Source: an uncultured Bacteroidota bacterium (GTDB taxonomy: Bacteria; Bacteroidota; Bacteroidia; 2-12-FULL-35-15). From it: a stretch of 64,000 bases of DNA. Below, piece by piece: positions 29,271-39,089 of this stretch. The notes under the pieces were generated by a model that worked only from the letters and a program-made list of their open reading frames with translations, did no database searches and had not been told where the DNA came from. The translations under genes were made by a program, and so were the position numbers. Position 1 is the stretch's first letter; each line of letters begins with the position of its first letter. The stretch is taken from positions 4,405 to 68,404 of the forward strand of contig CAIYIS010000025.1 of assembly GCA_903926385.1 (NCBI GenBank), in the 5' to 3' direction.

Positions 29271-30362
29271 ATGAAAAATTCATATCATCATTCAGAATGC
29301 CTGTCGTACGAGCAATTAAAACAGTATTGCGAAGGCTCATTAGAAACAGAAATTAAACAAGAAATTTACACCCATCTTTCGGGATGTGCATTATGCGCCT
29401 CGGCCGTAAACGGTTTTGTGGCTATTCCTTTTTCAAGAAAAGACATTCAGCGTTTAAATAATAAACTGGACACAAAAATCAATTCAGCTCCTAATCATTA
29501 TCACTTGCCTGTTGCAGAGGTTTTATTGGCAGGTATCTTAATGCTGTTTGGTTTCGGTTATTTTGTTTTTGTAAATCAAAAAGAAGAAATAAAACCACAA
29601 TTGGCTGCTTTAGAAACTCACGAAAAGAAAATGGTAAGACCTACTATGGTTCCAACGCATGAGTCAATTAATAGAGATACGATAAACTACAATCAAATTA
29701 CTCAAAATGTAAGTGCGCCATCTCAACACAACATAGAGGTGACTTCAGTGGACAGTATTACACCTGAAAAACTTCCAACTCCTGCAATTTTCAATTGTGA
29801 GGCTTTTAATGTTGCCGATGCTGTGCAGAACATCACTCGTTCGTCCATCACCGATGAGGTTACATTTATTGAAGATTTAAAAGTACTCGACTTCAGCCAA
29901 ATTTATTTTTGTAAGTCGAATGTTCTAACTGAATCTACAGACAATTTGCCTGCATCAAAAGAAAACAGAATGATGGCAACAGATGATTTTTCGAAGGAAG
30001 ATGGTCAACGAATGATTGCATGGCAAGTTCTCAAAACAAGTTTGCATTATTTCAAAAAACAAAATTATTTGGAAGCCAATACTGGTTTCCAGCTATTGCT
30101 TGATAAAAATGCAAACGATGTGAATGCCTTATTTTATAGTGGCATTTGTTGCGCAGAACAGGGTAATTTCCGTTTAGCGGTTATACGATTAAGTACTGTG
30201 TTAAGTTATCCTAACCCTCAGTTTAGGGAAGAAGCGAATTGGAAATTAGCATTAACGTATAAGAAATTTGGAGATAATGAAAATGCAAAACAACTATTCA
30301 GAGAAATAGCTGCATCCAAAGGGTTTTATGCAGAGCGAGCGAAACAGCAATTGGATAAATAA
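29271..30362 (+). CDS. Anti-sigma factor (zinc-finger HxxxCxxC N-domain, single TM, C-terminal TPR-like periplasmic domain)
   Basis: HLSGCALCASAV is the ZAS-type motif. TM LLAGILMLFGFGYFVFV. It starts 11 bp after the ECF sigma gene stop. Confidence 0.55.
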   Translation: MKNSYHHSECLSYEQLKQYCEGSLETEIKQEIYTHLSGCALCASAVNGFVAIPFSRKDIQRLNNKLDTKINSAPNHYHLPVAEVLLAGILMLFGFGYFVFVNQKEEIKPQLAALETHEKKMVRPTMVPTHESINRDTINYNQITQNVSAPSQHNIEVTSVDSITPEKLPTPAIFNCEAFNVADAVQNITRSSITDEVTFIEDLKVLDFSQIYFCKSNVLTESTDNLPASKENRMMATDDFSKEDGQRMIAWQVLKTSLHYFKKQNYLEANTGFQLLLDKNANDVNALFYSGICCAEQGNFRLAVIRLSTVLSYPNPQFREEANWKLALTYKKFGDNENAKQLFREIAASKGFYAERAKQQLDK

Positions 30363-30386
30363 AGAATCCAAGTTGCCGTTTTGTTG

Positions 30387-31991
30387 CTACTTCATTAATT
30401 TTATTGCTTCTTTCAGCACATTATCGTCCGACTGCAATACTAAATAGTACCATTCCGAATTCCAGATGGTACGTGCTATCAATGCTTTTATTTGGTTTTT
30501 AAGAACGGGTGCGGAAATTTTAATTTGCTTATCATTTCTCTTCACCTTATTCTTCTCTGCATACACAACAAAGTTTTCGAGTAATTCAGCCGATACGTCA
30601 AAGTCCTTATTGAATTTTTCAGGGGTTTTGTACGAGTTCAGTTTCTTTCTGTTCTTGTCTGCATATTCGAACGCAAAATCATTAAGCAGGCCGCTGTAAG
30701 CAACCTCGGTTAAATAATGCGAGTGTCCTGCAGTATCCATTGGCACAAAAACATCAGGAGTAATGCCCCCTCCTCCATACACCACTTTTCCCATTGGTGT
30801 TTTATACTTAATCGTGTCCTTCACTTTCATGCTGTCAGCATTCTCTAGCTCACCATTCGTGTAACGAGAATATTCCTCGTCATAGTATGCATCTACACCA
30901 TTAGCATACGATTTTTGAATACATCTTCCTGTGGGAGTATAGTATCTTGCTATAGTAAGACGTATGGCCGAACTGTCTGAAAAATCACTTTGTTCCTGAA
31001 CCAATCCCTTTCCAAAAGAACGTCTTCCAACCAGTGTAGCTCTGTCGTTATCCTGCAACGAACCCGAAAGAATTTCGCTTGCAGATGCCGAGCCATCGTC
31101 TATTAGTATAGTAAGTTTTCCATGCTCAAAACTACCGGTAGCTGTCGCTTTATAATCTTTTCGAGGGCGCGCTTTTCCGTAAGTATACACAATCTCTTTT
31201 CCATCACCCAGAAATTCGTCAGCAATGCTAACGGCTGTATTCAAGAATCCACCGCCATTTCCACGCAAGTCAATAATCAATTGTTGCATTCCTTTTTTCT
31301 GAAGTTTATTAAATGCGGTCATATATTCTTCATAAGTAGTAGCCGCAAATCGGGATATCTTAATATATCCTGTTTTAGCATTCACCATATAAGATGCATC
31401 GATACTGAAAATCGGAATGGTGCCACGGGTAATTACGAAATCCATCAAATCCTTTTTATCTCTTCTCATCACACTCACTTTAACTTTGGTGCCTCCTTTG
31501 CCTTTGAGTTTACTCATCACACCTTTGTTGTTTATTTTCACTCCGGCCACCTTCACTCCATCTACCAAAACTACTTTATCTCCGGCCTGCACACCCACAC
31601 GTTCGGCAGGGCCGCCAACAATAGCATTCACCACTCGTATGGTATCTTCAACAATATTAAATTCCACACCAATTCCTTCAAAATTACCTTGCAAAGGTTC
31701 GTTCATATCGGCCATTTCTTCTTTAGTGATATAAGCCGAATGTGGGTCGAGTTGACGAAGCATAGCGATAACGGTTTTATCCACCAGCTTTTCGGCCCGA
31801 ATGGTATCTACATATTCTTCGGTAACGTATTTAAGAATTTCATCTACTTTACTGAATTTGCCAGAAGTGCCTACAAGTTTTGCGCCTCGGGCATTGTCAA
31901 GATGGAAAGTGCTTCCAATAAAAATTCCGAGAATTAATATCAGTGCAAAAACTATAGGAAGGTAAACGTAAAATTTGGGTCGATTGATCAT
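30387..31991 (-). CDS. S41 family C-terminal processing peptidase (Ctp/Prc-like)
   Basis: PDZ segment GVEFNIVEDTIRVVNAIVGGPAERVGVQAGDKVVLVDG. Catalytic region LIIDLRGNGGGFL with a downstream conserved K. N-terminal signal anchor. Confidence 0.85.
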   Translation of the reverse strand: MINRPKFYVYLPIVFALILILGIFIGSTFHLDNARGAKLVGTSGKFSKVDEILKYVTEEYVDTIRAEKLVDKTVIAMLRQLDPHSAYITKEEMADMNEPLQGNFEGIGVEFNIVEDTIRVVNAIVGGPAERVGVQAGDKVVLVDGVKVAGVKINNKGVMSKLKGKGGTKVKVSVMRRDKKDLMDFVITRGTIPIFSIDASYMVNAKTGYIKISRFAATTYEEYMTAFNKLQKKGMQQLIIDLRGNGGGFLNTAVSIADEFLGDGKEIVYTYGKARPRKDYKATATGSFEHGKLTILIDDGSASASEILSGSLQDNDRATLVGRRSFGKGLVQEQSDFSDSSAIRLTIARYYTPTGRCIQKSYANGVDAYYDEEYSRYTNGELENADSMKVKDTIKYKTPMGKVVYGGGGITPDVFVPMDTAGHSHYLTEVAYSGLLNDFAFEYADKNRKKLNSYKTPEKFNKDFDVSAELLENFVVYAEKNKVKRNDKQIKISAPVLKNQIKALIARTIWNSEWYYLVLQSDDNVLKEAIKLMK

Positions 31992-32298
31992 TTTGTTTTT
32001 TTGAAAACGCGCAAAGATAAGTTAAATTTACTTTATGAAATGATACAATTAATTCATGAGTTAATTACTCCATAAAACGTAGTCGATAAATTCTCCCGTT
32101 AGTGGTGAAAAATTTGTCATATAAAAATCAAAGTAATGTTCAAATAAGCATATTAATAAATCTTAACAATATTCGTTCAACGATTTTTTTTTGTTTCTTT
32201 GCCTAACCAATTTTATCAGGAGTTTAAGGGACTGAACATTGTCATGAACCAAAAATGGCCTGGTAAAATAATTCTGAACCAACAGAACCATTAGAAAA

Positions 32299-34323
32299 TT
32301 GTATAGTAGAAATCGTATTTCCTCGCTGCCCCTTAGAACAGCGATTGTATGTTTTATGATGTTGTACGGCATTTTGAGTTATGCTCAGAAAGAAAATGCA
32401 GTATGTAAACAATTGCGTGAAAAAATATACACCGCCAAGAGCGATACTACACTCGCTCGTTTGTACGGCTTACTAGCATGGGAACTCAAGTTTAGTAATA
32501 CCACAAAGGCTATTGAACTTGCCGGTAATGAAATTGCAATTGCTTCCAAACATCAGGATTATTTATTACTTGCAGATGCACACAGAATAAAGGCACTAGC
32601 GTTTGTTATTCTCGAACATACCGAGGAAGGGATGGCGCAGTACGATTCGAGTATTATGTATGCCAAGCGTGCAGGCAGCTTATATTATCAGGCATCATGC
32701 TATAGTTTGATGGGCGGAATGTATGGCGACCATGGCGATTACCACAAAGCAATTGAATATTATTCAAAGGGACTGGAGATTGCACAGAAATCAGGAAATG
32801 CAATGCTGATTGCAACTCTGAGTAATAATCTTGCAGAGTCTTATCAAAGTGATTCAAGAGAAACGGATCTTTCACAAAAATATTTTACGATGGCTCTCGA
32901 AAATTCGATGAAGTCTGAAAACTGGGCCGTGGCTTGTATGAATTCATCCAATCTGGCTAATGAATATATTAGAAATGGGTTAAACGAGAAAGCAAAAACT
33001 GAATTGATTCGAGCTATAGATTTGTTGAACCGCGACAAGAAAAGTGATTATCAATTTGCCACCAACTCTCATGTATTGGCTTCTATATTCTATTCCATGG
33101 GAGATATGACCAAGGCGGAACAGTATGCACTGCCATCGCTTCGAATTCTGGATAGTCTTCAGCGGCCTGATAATGCCATGCGCCCGCTCACCGTTTTAAC
33201 CGATATTTATATTAAAACAAAAAATCTGCAGAAGGCTGAACTGTATGCAAACAGAATGTTGAAAGAGGCTTTGGTTAGAAACGCTAAACTGTATATAAGA
33301 GATGGGTACAAAGCTCTCTCGGATATTGCCCGATTAAAAAACAATTATCGGGAAGCACTTCGAAACTTTGAATTGTACAAATCATGGAATGATAGTGTCT
33401 TTAAAATATCGCGAGAACAAAGCATTTCAAATATAGAAACTCAAGCCCGAATGGCCCAAACCGAACTCAAAATTAAATTTGAAACCGAAAAGAAGGAAAA
33501 GGAAATACAAGTTCAAAACGCTAAGTTGAGCGAACTGCATGCCCAGCAAAAAAACTTAATCATAGGTGTTATACTAATATTGGTTATCGCATTTTTCAGT
33601 TTTCTTATTTATCGTTCTTCCAAATTAAAAAAAGATAAAATTAATTTGGAAACTACTGTTTCCAAAAGGACCAAACAAATTCAGGAATCGCTTGCCGAAC
33701 GCGAGTTACTGATAAAAGAAATTCATCACAGGGTAAAAAATAATTTGCAAATCATTTCGGGATTATTGGAGATGAAAGGTTCCCGAACAAAGGATGAAAA
33801 TATCAGAGAAGCCATTACCGAAAGTCAGAATCAGGTGCTGTCAATTGCATTTATTCATCAAAATTTATATCAGCACGATGATCTGGAAGAAGTGGAGTTT
33901 GCAAGCTTTTTGCAAGAACTCATTACTCACATGAAAAATGTTTTTGCCAAACCAGACAAACACATTGAAGTAAGTTTTGATGTTCCAAAATTATCATTGG
34001 ATATAGATACAGCCGTGCCTCTGGGTTTAATCATTAATGAATTGCTTACTAATTCTTATAAATACGCCTTTGTGAATGAAATCGAAGGGAAAATTACTAT
34101 TGAATTGAAGGAAATAAGTGACGGAGATTATTTATTTGTTTATACAGATACAGGAGTCGGACTGCCTACCGTATTCGATATTGGTAAAACCAATTCGCTG
34201 GGATTACGCTTGGTTTATCAACTCAGTCGACAACTGGCGGGAGAAATAAAATATACATTTGTAAACGGAAGCAGATTTGAATTGAATTTGAAGAATCTGA
34301 AAAATCGTAATATGATGGAATAG
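32299..34323 (+). CDS. TPR-repeat sensor histidine kinase (periplasmic TPR domain, TM, HisKA_2/HWE-type H-box + HATPase)
   Basis: Multiple TPR-like YYxxA repeats. TM IIGVILILVIAFFSFLIY. H-box IHHRVKNNLQIISGLL. ATP lid DTGVGLP. Confidence 0.7.
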   Translation: MYSRNRISSLPLRTAIVCFMMLYGILSYAQKENAVCKQLREKIYTAKSDTTLARLYGLLAWELKFSNTTKAIELAGNEIAIASKHQDYLLLADAHRIKALAFVILEHTEEGMAQYDSSIMYAKRAGSLYYQASCYSLMGGMYGDHGDYHKAIEYYSKGLEIAQKSGNAMLIATLSNNLAESYQSDSRETDLSQKYFTMALENSMKSENWAVACMNSSNLANEYIRNGLNEKAKTELIRAIDLLNRDKKSDYQFATNSHVLASIFYSMGDMTKAEQYALPSLRILDSLQRPDNAMRPLTVLTDIYIKTKNLQKAELYANRMLKEALVRNAKLYIRDGYKALSDIARLKNNYREALRNFELYKSWNDSVFKISREQSISNIETQARMAQTELKIKFETEKKEKEIQVQNAKLSELHAQQKNLIIGVILILVIAFFSFLIYRSSKLKKDKINLETTVSKRTKQIQESLAERELLIKEIHHRVKNNLQIISGLLEMKGSRTKDENIREAITESQNQVLSIAFIHQNLYQHDDLEEVEFASFLQELITHMKNVFAKPDKHIEVSFDVPKLSLDIDTAVPLGLIINELLTNSYKYAFVNEIEGKITIELKEISDGDYLFVYTDTGVGLPTVFDIGKTNSLGLRLVYQLSRQLAGEIKYTFVNGSRFELNLKNLKNRNMME

Positions 34324-34339
34324 TAAATAAATATACAGC

Positions 34340-35077
34340 ATGAAAAAATTAAAAATAGGAATCGTAGAAGATGAAATGATTATTGCTAATGTGCTCGAAG
34401 AAATGCTGACTGCAGTAGGATACGAGGTAACCGAATTTGCTTGTCGGTACAGCGAAGCCATAACAATGATTGAAAACGAAAAGCCTGATTTGCTTTTGCT
34501 CGATATCAATTTGCTCGGACAAAAGAACGGTATTGATGTGGCCGAAACAGTGCGCAGTAAGTACGACATCCCTTTTATTTTTCTTACCGCCAACTTGGAT
34601 AACAAAACCATTGAACAGGCAAAACAAGTGAAGCCCTCTGCATACCTTGTTAAACCAGTTACCAAAGAGCAATTGTATTCAGCCATAGAAATTGCATTCA
34701 GTAATTATAATGACGAAAACAGAATTTTGCCAACTGTGGCTTCTGCACACCCGCAAGCGGTTCACGACTTTATATTTATTAAAGATGGATACGTTTTCAG
34801 AAAAATATTCTTTAAAGACATTCTGTATCTCGAGAGTGATGCCAATTATGTAACCATTCATCTTGAAAACGGAAAAAAACTAATGGCTCGATTCACGATG
34901 AATGATTTTCTGGAACAAATAGACCAAAAAATATTTGTGCGCATTCATCGTAGTTTTGTGGTAAACTTTACCATGATTGAAAATGTTTTTCCAAGCGAAG
35001 TTTCGGTGAAAGGCACAATGGTGGCCATTGGCAAGAGTTATAAAGACGACCTAATGAAATTGCTCGGCTTAAATTAA
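34340..35077 (+). CDS. LytTR-family response regulator
   Basis: REC domain (KIGIVEDEMI...LLLDINL) and LytTR domain (VRIHRSFVVNFTMIENV). Immediately downstream of the TPR kinase. Confidence 0.85.
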   Translation: MKKLKIGIVEDEMIIANVLEEMLTAVGYEVTEFACRYSEAITMIENEKPDLLLLDINLLGQKNGIDVAETVRSKYDIPFIFLTANLDNKTIEQAKQVKPSAYLVKPVTKEQLYSAIEIAFSNYNDENRILPTVASAHPQAVHDFIFIKDGYVFRKIFFKDILYLESDANYVTIHLENGKKLMARFTMNDFLEQIDQKIFVRIHRSFVVNFTMIENVFPSEVSVKGTMVAIGKSYKDDLMKLLGLN

Positions 35078-35212
35078 ACCCCATTTCACTTTTGCTCATC
35101 CATTAAAGTCAAACACATTTCATCCCTAACCTGATGCATTATGTCCCTAACCTGCATCATTCATCCCTTTTCTTTTATCAATAAGAATTAACTAAGGTTC
35201 TTTGCAACCGTA

Positions 35213-35407
35213 ATGTTAATAGATGATATCTCAAAAATAGAACTGAAGAAAAACACTTTGGGCGCTTTATGCCCAAAGTGTGGGAACGATTTGGTGCCGA
35301 TAAAGACTACATCAACAAAAAAGATCATTCAGATTTTTACGCTGGGCTCTGCTAAAATGCATCATTACCGGTGCGAAAACTGTAATACCAATTTTAATTT
35401 ATTCTAA
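35213..35407 (+). CDS. Small zinc-ribbon protein (two CxxC pairs)
   Basis: CPKCGNDL ... CENCNT. 64 aa. Could be a spurious ORF. Confidence 0.3.
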   Translation: MLIDDISKIELKKNTLGALCPKCGNDLVPIKTTSTKKIIQIFTLGSAKMHHYRCENCNTNFNLF

Positions 35408-35724
35408 TATGTCTACCAATAAAAGTGTTTCTTCTTCTTCTTCATTTTGGGCAAACCAACTTCAAGTTGAAGTCTCCTCTAATCGTAAAATAGAGGAATG
35501 TAGAAGAAACCTGTTTATTGATATAGAAATATTAAACTAAAAATTAAATCAGGAAACAATAAAAACAAATAACCGATAAATGTAAAATCTATTTAACTTT
35601 AACAAAATAGTTTAAACAATGGGGTACTTTACATTATTTATTTTGTAAAAGTAATCAGCACTAATAAACAACAGGTGATTAAACTCATCAAACAATAAGC
35701 ACTACTTTTAAGTGATACAAAAAA

Positions 35725-35760
35725 ATCCCTTCTGATTAAGTTCAGAAGGGATTTTTATTT
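35725..35760. terminator. Bidirectional rho-independent terminator (ATCCCTTCTGAttaagtTCAGAAGGGATttttattt)
   Basis: 11-bp perfect stem flanked by an A-run upstream and a T-run downstream. Confidence 0.55.
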
Positions 35761-35936
35761 ACTGCCAAAATTGCTTGTATTGTCAGTAGTTTCGACTTGA
35801 GTGTTACATCATCATTCATCCTAATTCAAATCATTATTATTTTTTATCCGCATGAATCCGTTTTATCAGCGTACCATTTTTCATTGTCTTATCAATATGA
35901 ATAAATAATTTTGTCCTTAAGCTAAAGGCTCTACTT

Positions 35937-36869
35937 TCACTCTCCTTTTAAAACCCCAAATGTTTTTAATAAAAGCTGAGTAGAAGTTTCGGTGAGAATA
36001 TAATTACCGGGTGGTAGCTTTTTTATTAAACCCATTCGTTTCAGCTTGGGCAGATGCTTTGCAAAACCTCCTGTAGAGAGGCCTGCAATAGTGCGCAGTT
36101 CGTTGCCGGTAGCTTTTCCATTATTATGCAAACAAAGCAATTCCTTTGCAACATTTGTATATAAATCGTGCATAGCAGTACGGGGCAAATAACCGTGCAA
36201 TGCAGCTTCCAGCCTTTTCAGGGTAGCTTTATCTATTGTTATTTTCGATGGCAAAGTATGCGTATCCTCTATTCTAGGCGCTATAACCGATGCTCGATTT
36301 TTCTCCGCATTGCTATTTCTTTCTTCAATGGCTTTCAGAAAATCGAGGTAGAATGTATAAAGCGATTGTTGCCTATCCCCGGTTTTTAAATACTCTTCCA
36401 AAGCAGTTATTAGTTTATCTTCAAAAATGTGATAGGGTATATTTTCCGAATTATCCCAATTCTGCAAAGCCGCCAATGCCTTTAAAAATGATTGTATGCT
36501 ATTCCCAATTTCAGGAATATAGATTGAAGAAGAATTTATTCCAACCTTATTTTCAGGAATAGCTTCTGAACTCGTTTTTACACCAACCCTATTTTCGGGA
36601 ATGCCCGTTGAAGAAGTTTTTTCTCTATTCCCATTTTTCGGAATATCGGTTGAAGAAGATTTTATACCATCCCTGTTTTCAGGAATAGGCTCTGAACGAG
36701 AATTTATACCAACCTTATTTTTGGGAAAGCCTTCTGAATAAGAATTTATGTCTAACTTGTTTTTGAGATACGCATTTTCATTCTTTAGAATCATCAAGTG
36801 CTTTAAGAGAATCTGAATTATCTTTTCGGGAATGATATTCAGTTTTTCGGCTTCATTATTTGTATCCAT
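35937..36869 (-). CDS. Protein with 7 tandem 13-aa repeats (..GIPENxVGxxSSS..) and a C-terminal winged-helix-like DNA-binding domain
   Basis: EGFPKNKVGINSRSEPIPENRDGIKSSSTDIPKNGNREKTSSTGIPENRVGVKTSSEAIPENKVGINSSSIYIPEIGNS. C-terminal NELRTIAGLSTGGFAKHLPKLKRMGLIKK. Confidence 0.45.
   Translation of the reverse strand: MDTNNEAEKLNIIPEKIIQILLKHLMILKNENAYLKNKLDINSYSEGFPKNKVGINSRSEPIPENRDGIKSSSTDIPKNGNREKTSSTGIPENRVGVKTSSEAIPENKVGINSSSIYIPEIGNSIQSFLKALAALQNWDNSENIPYHIFEDKLITALEEYLKTGDRQQSLYTFYLDFLKAIEERNSNAEKNRASVIAPRIEDTHTLPSKITIDKATLKRLEAALHGYLPRTAMHDLYTNVAKELLCLHNNGKATGNELRTIAGLSTGGFAKHLPKLKRMGLIKKLPPGNYILTETSTQLLLKTFGVLKGE
36480..36790 (-). repeat. ~39-bp in-frame tandem repeat (about 7 copies) inside gene 35937..36869
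   Basis: Recurrent ttcaggaatagcttctgaactcgttttt-type units visible on the plus strand, with periodic 'ggaat' and 'ttga'/'ctga' landmarks every ~39 bp. Confidence 0.6.
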
Positions 36870-36969
36870 GATTATTGATAGTTAAAAATCTTCAGCAAGT
36901 ATCGTTCGCTTCTTATCTCCAATCCCCAATCATTTCACCGCTGTAATTCTTCAGCAGTGCATCATCCCG

Positions 36970-37944
36970 CTACTTCATCAGCGAACCAATCACTATATTC
37001 TCGTCAATGTCGTTCATACATTTGAAATGTTTTTTCGGACATTGCTCATACCCAATTTTGGAACAAGGCCGGCAGGCCAGATTATTTACTTCCACCATAC
37101 GCGAAGCCGCTCCGGGCAAGTAAGGCGTGAAACCAAAAGCCGGCACTGTGTTTCCCCACACCGAAATAATATCCTTCTTAAATGCCGAAGCAATATGCAT
37201 CAATCCGGTGTCGTGAGTTATGATAGAGGTAGCTTGTTTAACCAAACTTGCACTCTGGTTCAAATTGTATTTTCCACATGCATTGTAAACAGTGACTCCC
37301 ACTGCTTTTTCGATAGCATCACCTGCAGTGTGGTCTTCTTTTCCGCCAAGCAAAACAAGAGGTTGATTTAATTTTTTACAAATGGAAATTATTTTTTCGG
37401 CAGGCATTTGTTTAGTGGCATGGCGCGCACCTATAACAAAACCAATGTATCCGTGTTGATGAGTGGCAGGCAATGACGAAATAGCCACTACATCTTTTTC
37501 AGGAATAAAATAATCTATTCCTTTGTAATCATTTTTTATTCCGAGCTTTTCGGCAGCCTGCAAATAGCGGTCTACAATGTGCATAGCGGGCATTCTGTTA
37601 ATTTTGAAATTAACCAGAATCCATTTTTTAAAATTCAATTTTTTGAACGATGCCGATGGTTTTCCCAATGCAGTCTTGGTTTGCATGGAACGTATGTTAT
37701 TATGCAAATCGATTACAAAGTCGAAATTTTCTTTCTTAAGTAAATGAACAATCTCCTTCACATCTTTGTCTATCGTGTGAATTTTGGTAAGATAGGGGTT
37801 GTGTTCTAAAATAGATTTGAAACTATTTTTGGTCAAGTAATGCACCTCTGTCTCGGGCTGCTGCTGCTTAATGCAGCGAATAACAGGAGTAGTTAGCACG
37901 ATGTCGCCAATAGAACTAAAACGTATGATGAGTATTTTTTTCAA
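36970..37944 (-). CDS. Glycosyltransferase family 9 (LPS heptosyltransferase-like)
   Basis: MKKILIIRFSSIGDIVLTTPVIR is the GT9 N-terminal motif. C-terminal HDTGLMHIASAF and the CxxC-containing tail are typical of RfaF/WaaC-like enzymes. Confidence 0.7.
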   Translation of the reverse strand: MKKILIIRFSSIGDIVLTTPVIRCIKQQQPETEVHYLTKNSFKSILEHNPYLTKIHTIDKDVKEIVHLLKKENFDFVIDLHNNIRSMQTKTALGKPSASFKKLNFKKWILVNFKINRMPAMHIVDRYLQAAEKLGIKNDYKGIDYFIPEKDVVAISSLPATHQHGYIGFVIGARHATKQMPAEKIISICKKLNQPLVLLGGKEDHTAGDAIEKAVGVTVYNACGKYNLNQSASLVKQATSIITHDTGLMHIASAFKKDIISVWGNTVPAFGFTPYLPGAASRMVEVNNLACRPCSKIGYEQCPKKHFKCMNDIDENIVIGSLMK

Positions 37945-38051
37945 AGCCCTGCAAACTTTCTCAACGAGAAAGAAATATTAGTATGACATGATTAATCTAT
38001 TTTTATCAGCACTCGCTCTTCCCCTGCGGGGAGAATGAAAGCGGCTGTATC

Positions 38052-39083
38052 TTATTCCGAAAAAAGTAGCTCAAGTAAAAGTTGTCCCACCATCTTCAAT
38101 GTGCCTTTATCAATCACATCCATATTATCAGAGTGCGCATGATGAAAGTAGGGATAGTTATGTTTTGCCACTTCATAATGCACAATATCTATACATTTCA
38201 GATTGGCAAGCGTATTTAGGTATAAGTGGTCATCAGTAGTTTCTCCGGTGATGTCGTTAGTGAAATACTTTCCGTAACCCATGCGATTGGCCACATCCCA
38301 TACTTTATCCACTATTCCCGAGGCATACGCCACCGAAGTTCCCTCCTTAGGAAACACCGGATTTTTCCCTCCCACCATATCCAACAGAATTCCATAATTA
38401 GCAAAGTAGCCGGGTTTGTGCGGATTCTTAGCCCAATATTGCGAGCCAAGGCACCATGTGTCGGCTTGTTGAGGTTCTGTGTTTGACGATTGCTGTCCGT
38501 AGTCTTCTATATCGAAGAAAATAATATCAACACCTTTATCAATCTTCGAAAGACTTAATTGTCGCGCCAACTCTACCAACACACCCACTCCACTACCTCC
38601 GTCATCAGCTCCGTCAAACGGTTTGGTTTTGTTCAATGAGTCCAAATCGGCCCAGGGACGGGTATCCCAGTGAGCTGTGAGCAGCACCCGGTTTCCTAAA
38701 TCAGGTTTGTATTCTGCAATAATGTTTTTCAAAACAAATTGTTTGTCATCATACGTTTTCACAGTGCCATTCTGAACACTTACTTGTAATCCATACGATT
38801 TAAGTTTTGCTACCAAGTAGTCGGCACACTTGGCATGAGCCTTGGTGCCCGGTATTCGAGGCCCAAAATCTACCTGAGCTTTCACACAAGCATAAGCCGA
38901 GTCGGCATTAAAGTCGGGTGTAGGAATTTTTTGAACTACCTTTTCTTCCTTCGGTAATTCCTTGGTTTGTTTTGAATCGTTGTTGCACGATGCAATGGCA
39001 AAAAACAGTATCGTCACCATCACCGCATTCGACACACGCACTACCGCACGAATATTTGCTGGGTTCGTTTTTTTAATTTTCAT
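38052..39083 (-). CDS. M28-family zinc peptidase / glutaminyl-cyclase-like lipoprotein
   Basis: LLTAHWDTRPWAD and FDGADDGGSGVGVLVELARQL metal-ligand motifs, then FFDIEDYG. Signal peptide with Cys lipobox. Confidence 0.7.
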   Translation of the reverse strand: MKIKKTNPANIRAVVRVSNAVMVTILFFAIASCNNDSKQTKELPKEEKVVQKIPTPDFNADSAYACVKAQVDFGPRIPGTKAHAKCADYLVAKLKSYGLQVSVQNGTVKTYDDKQFVLKNIIAEYKPDLGNRVLLTAHWDTRPWADLDSLNKTKPFDGADDGGSGVGVLVELARQLSLSKIDKGVDIIFFDIEDYGQQSSNTEPQQADTWCLGSQYWAKNPHKPGYFANYGILLDMVGGKNPVFPKEGTSVAYASGIVDKVWDVANRMGYGKYFTNDITGETTDDHLYLNTLANLKCIDIVHYEVAKHNYPYFHHAHSDNMDVIDKGTLKMVGQLLLELLFSE

Positions 39084-39089
39084 ATTTTA

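Noticed and set aside
31122-31937. 271-aa plus-strand His-rich ORF and 31417..31734
   Set aside because: They are antisense to the well-supported S41 peptidase gene, and the translation is compositionally odd (His/Phe/Ser-rich). They are not a real gene.
32163-32372. 69-aa minus-strand ORF
   Set aside because: It overlaps the start of the TPR kinase gene and its promoter region, with no motif. It is likely spurious.
34204-34861. Minus-strand ORFs of 160, 107 and 60 aa
   Set aside because: They are antisense to the C-terminus of the histidine kinase and the N-terminus of the LytTR regulator gene. They are shadow ORFs.
37027-37371. 114-aa plus-strand ORF and others (38226..38486, 39795..40415, 40848..41597)
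   Set aside because: They are antisense to the strongly supported heptosyltransferase, M28 peptidase, cysS and MORN-protein genes.
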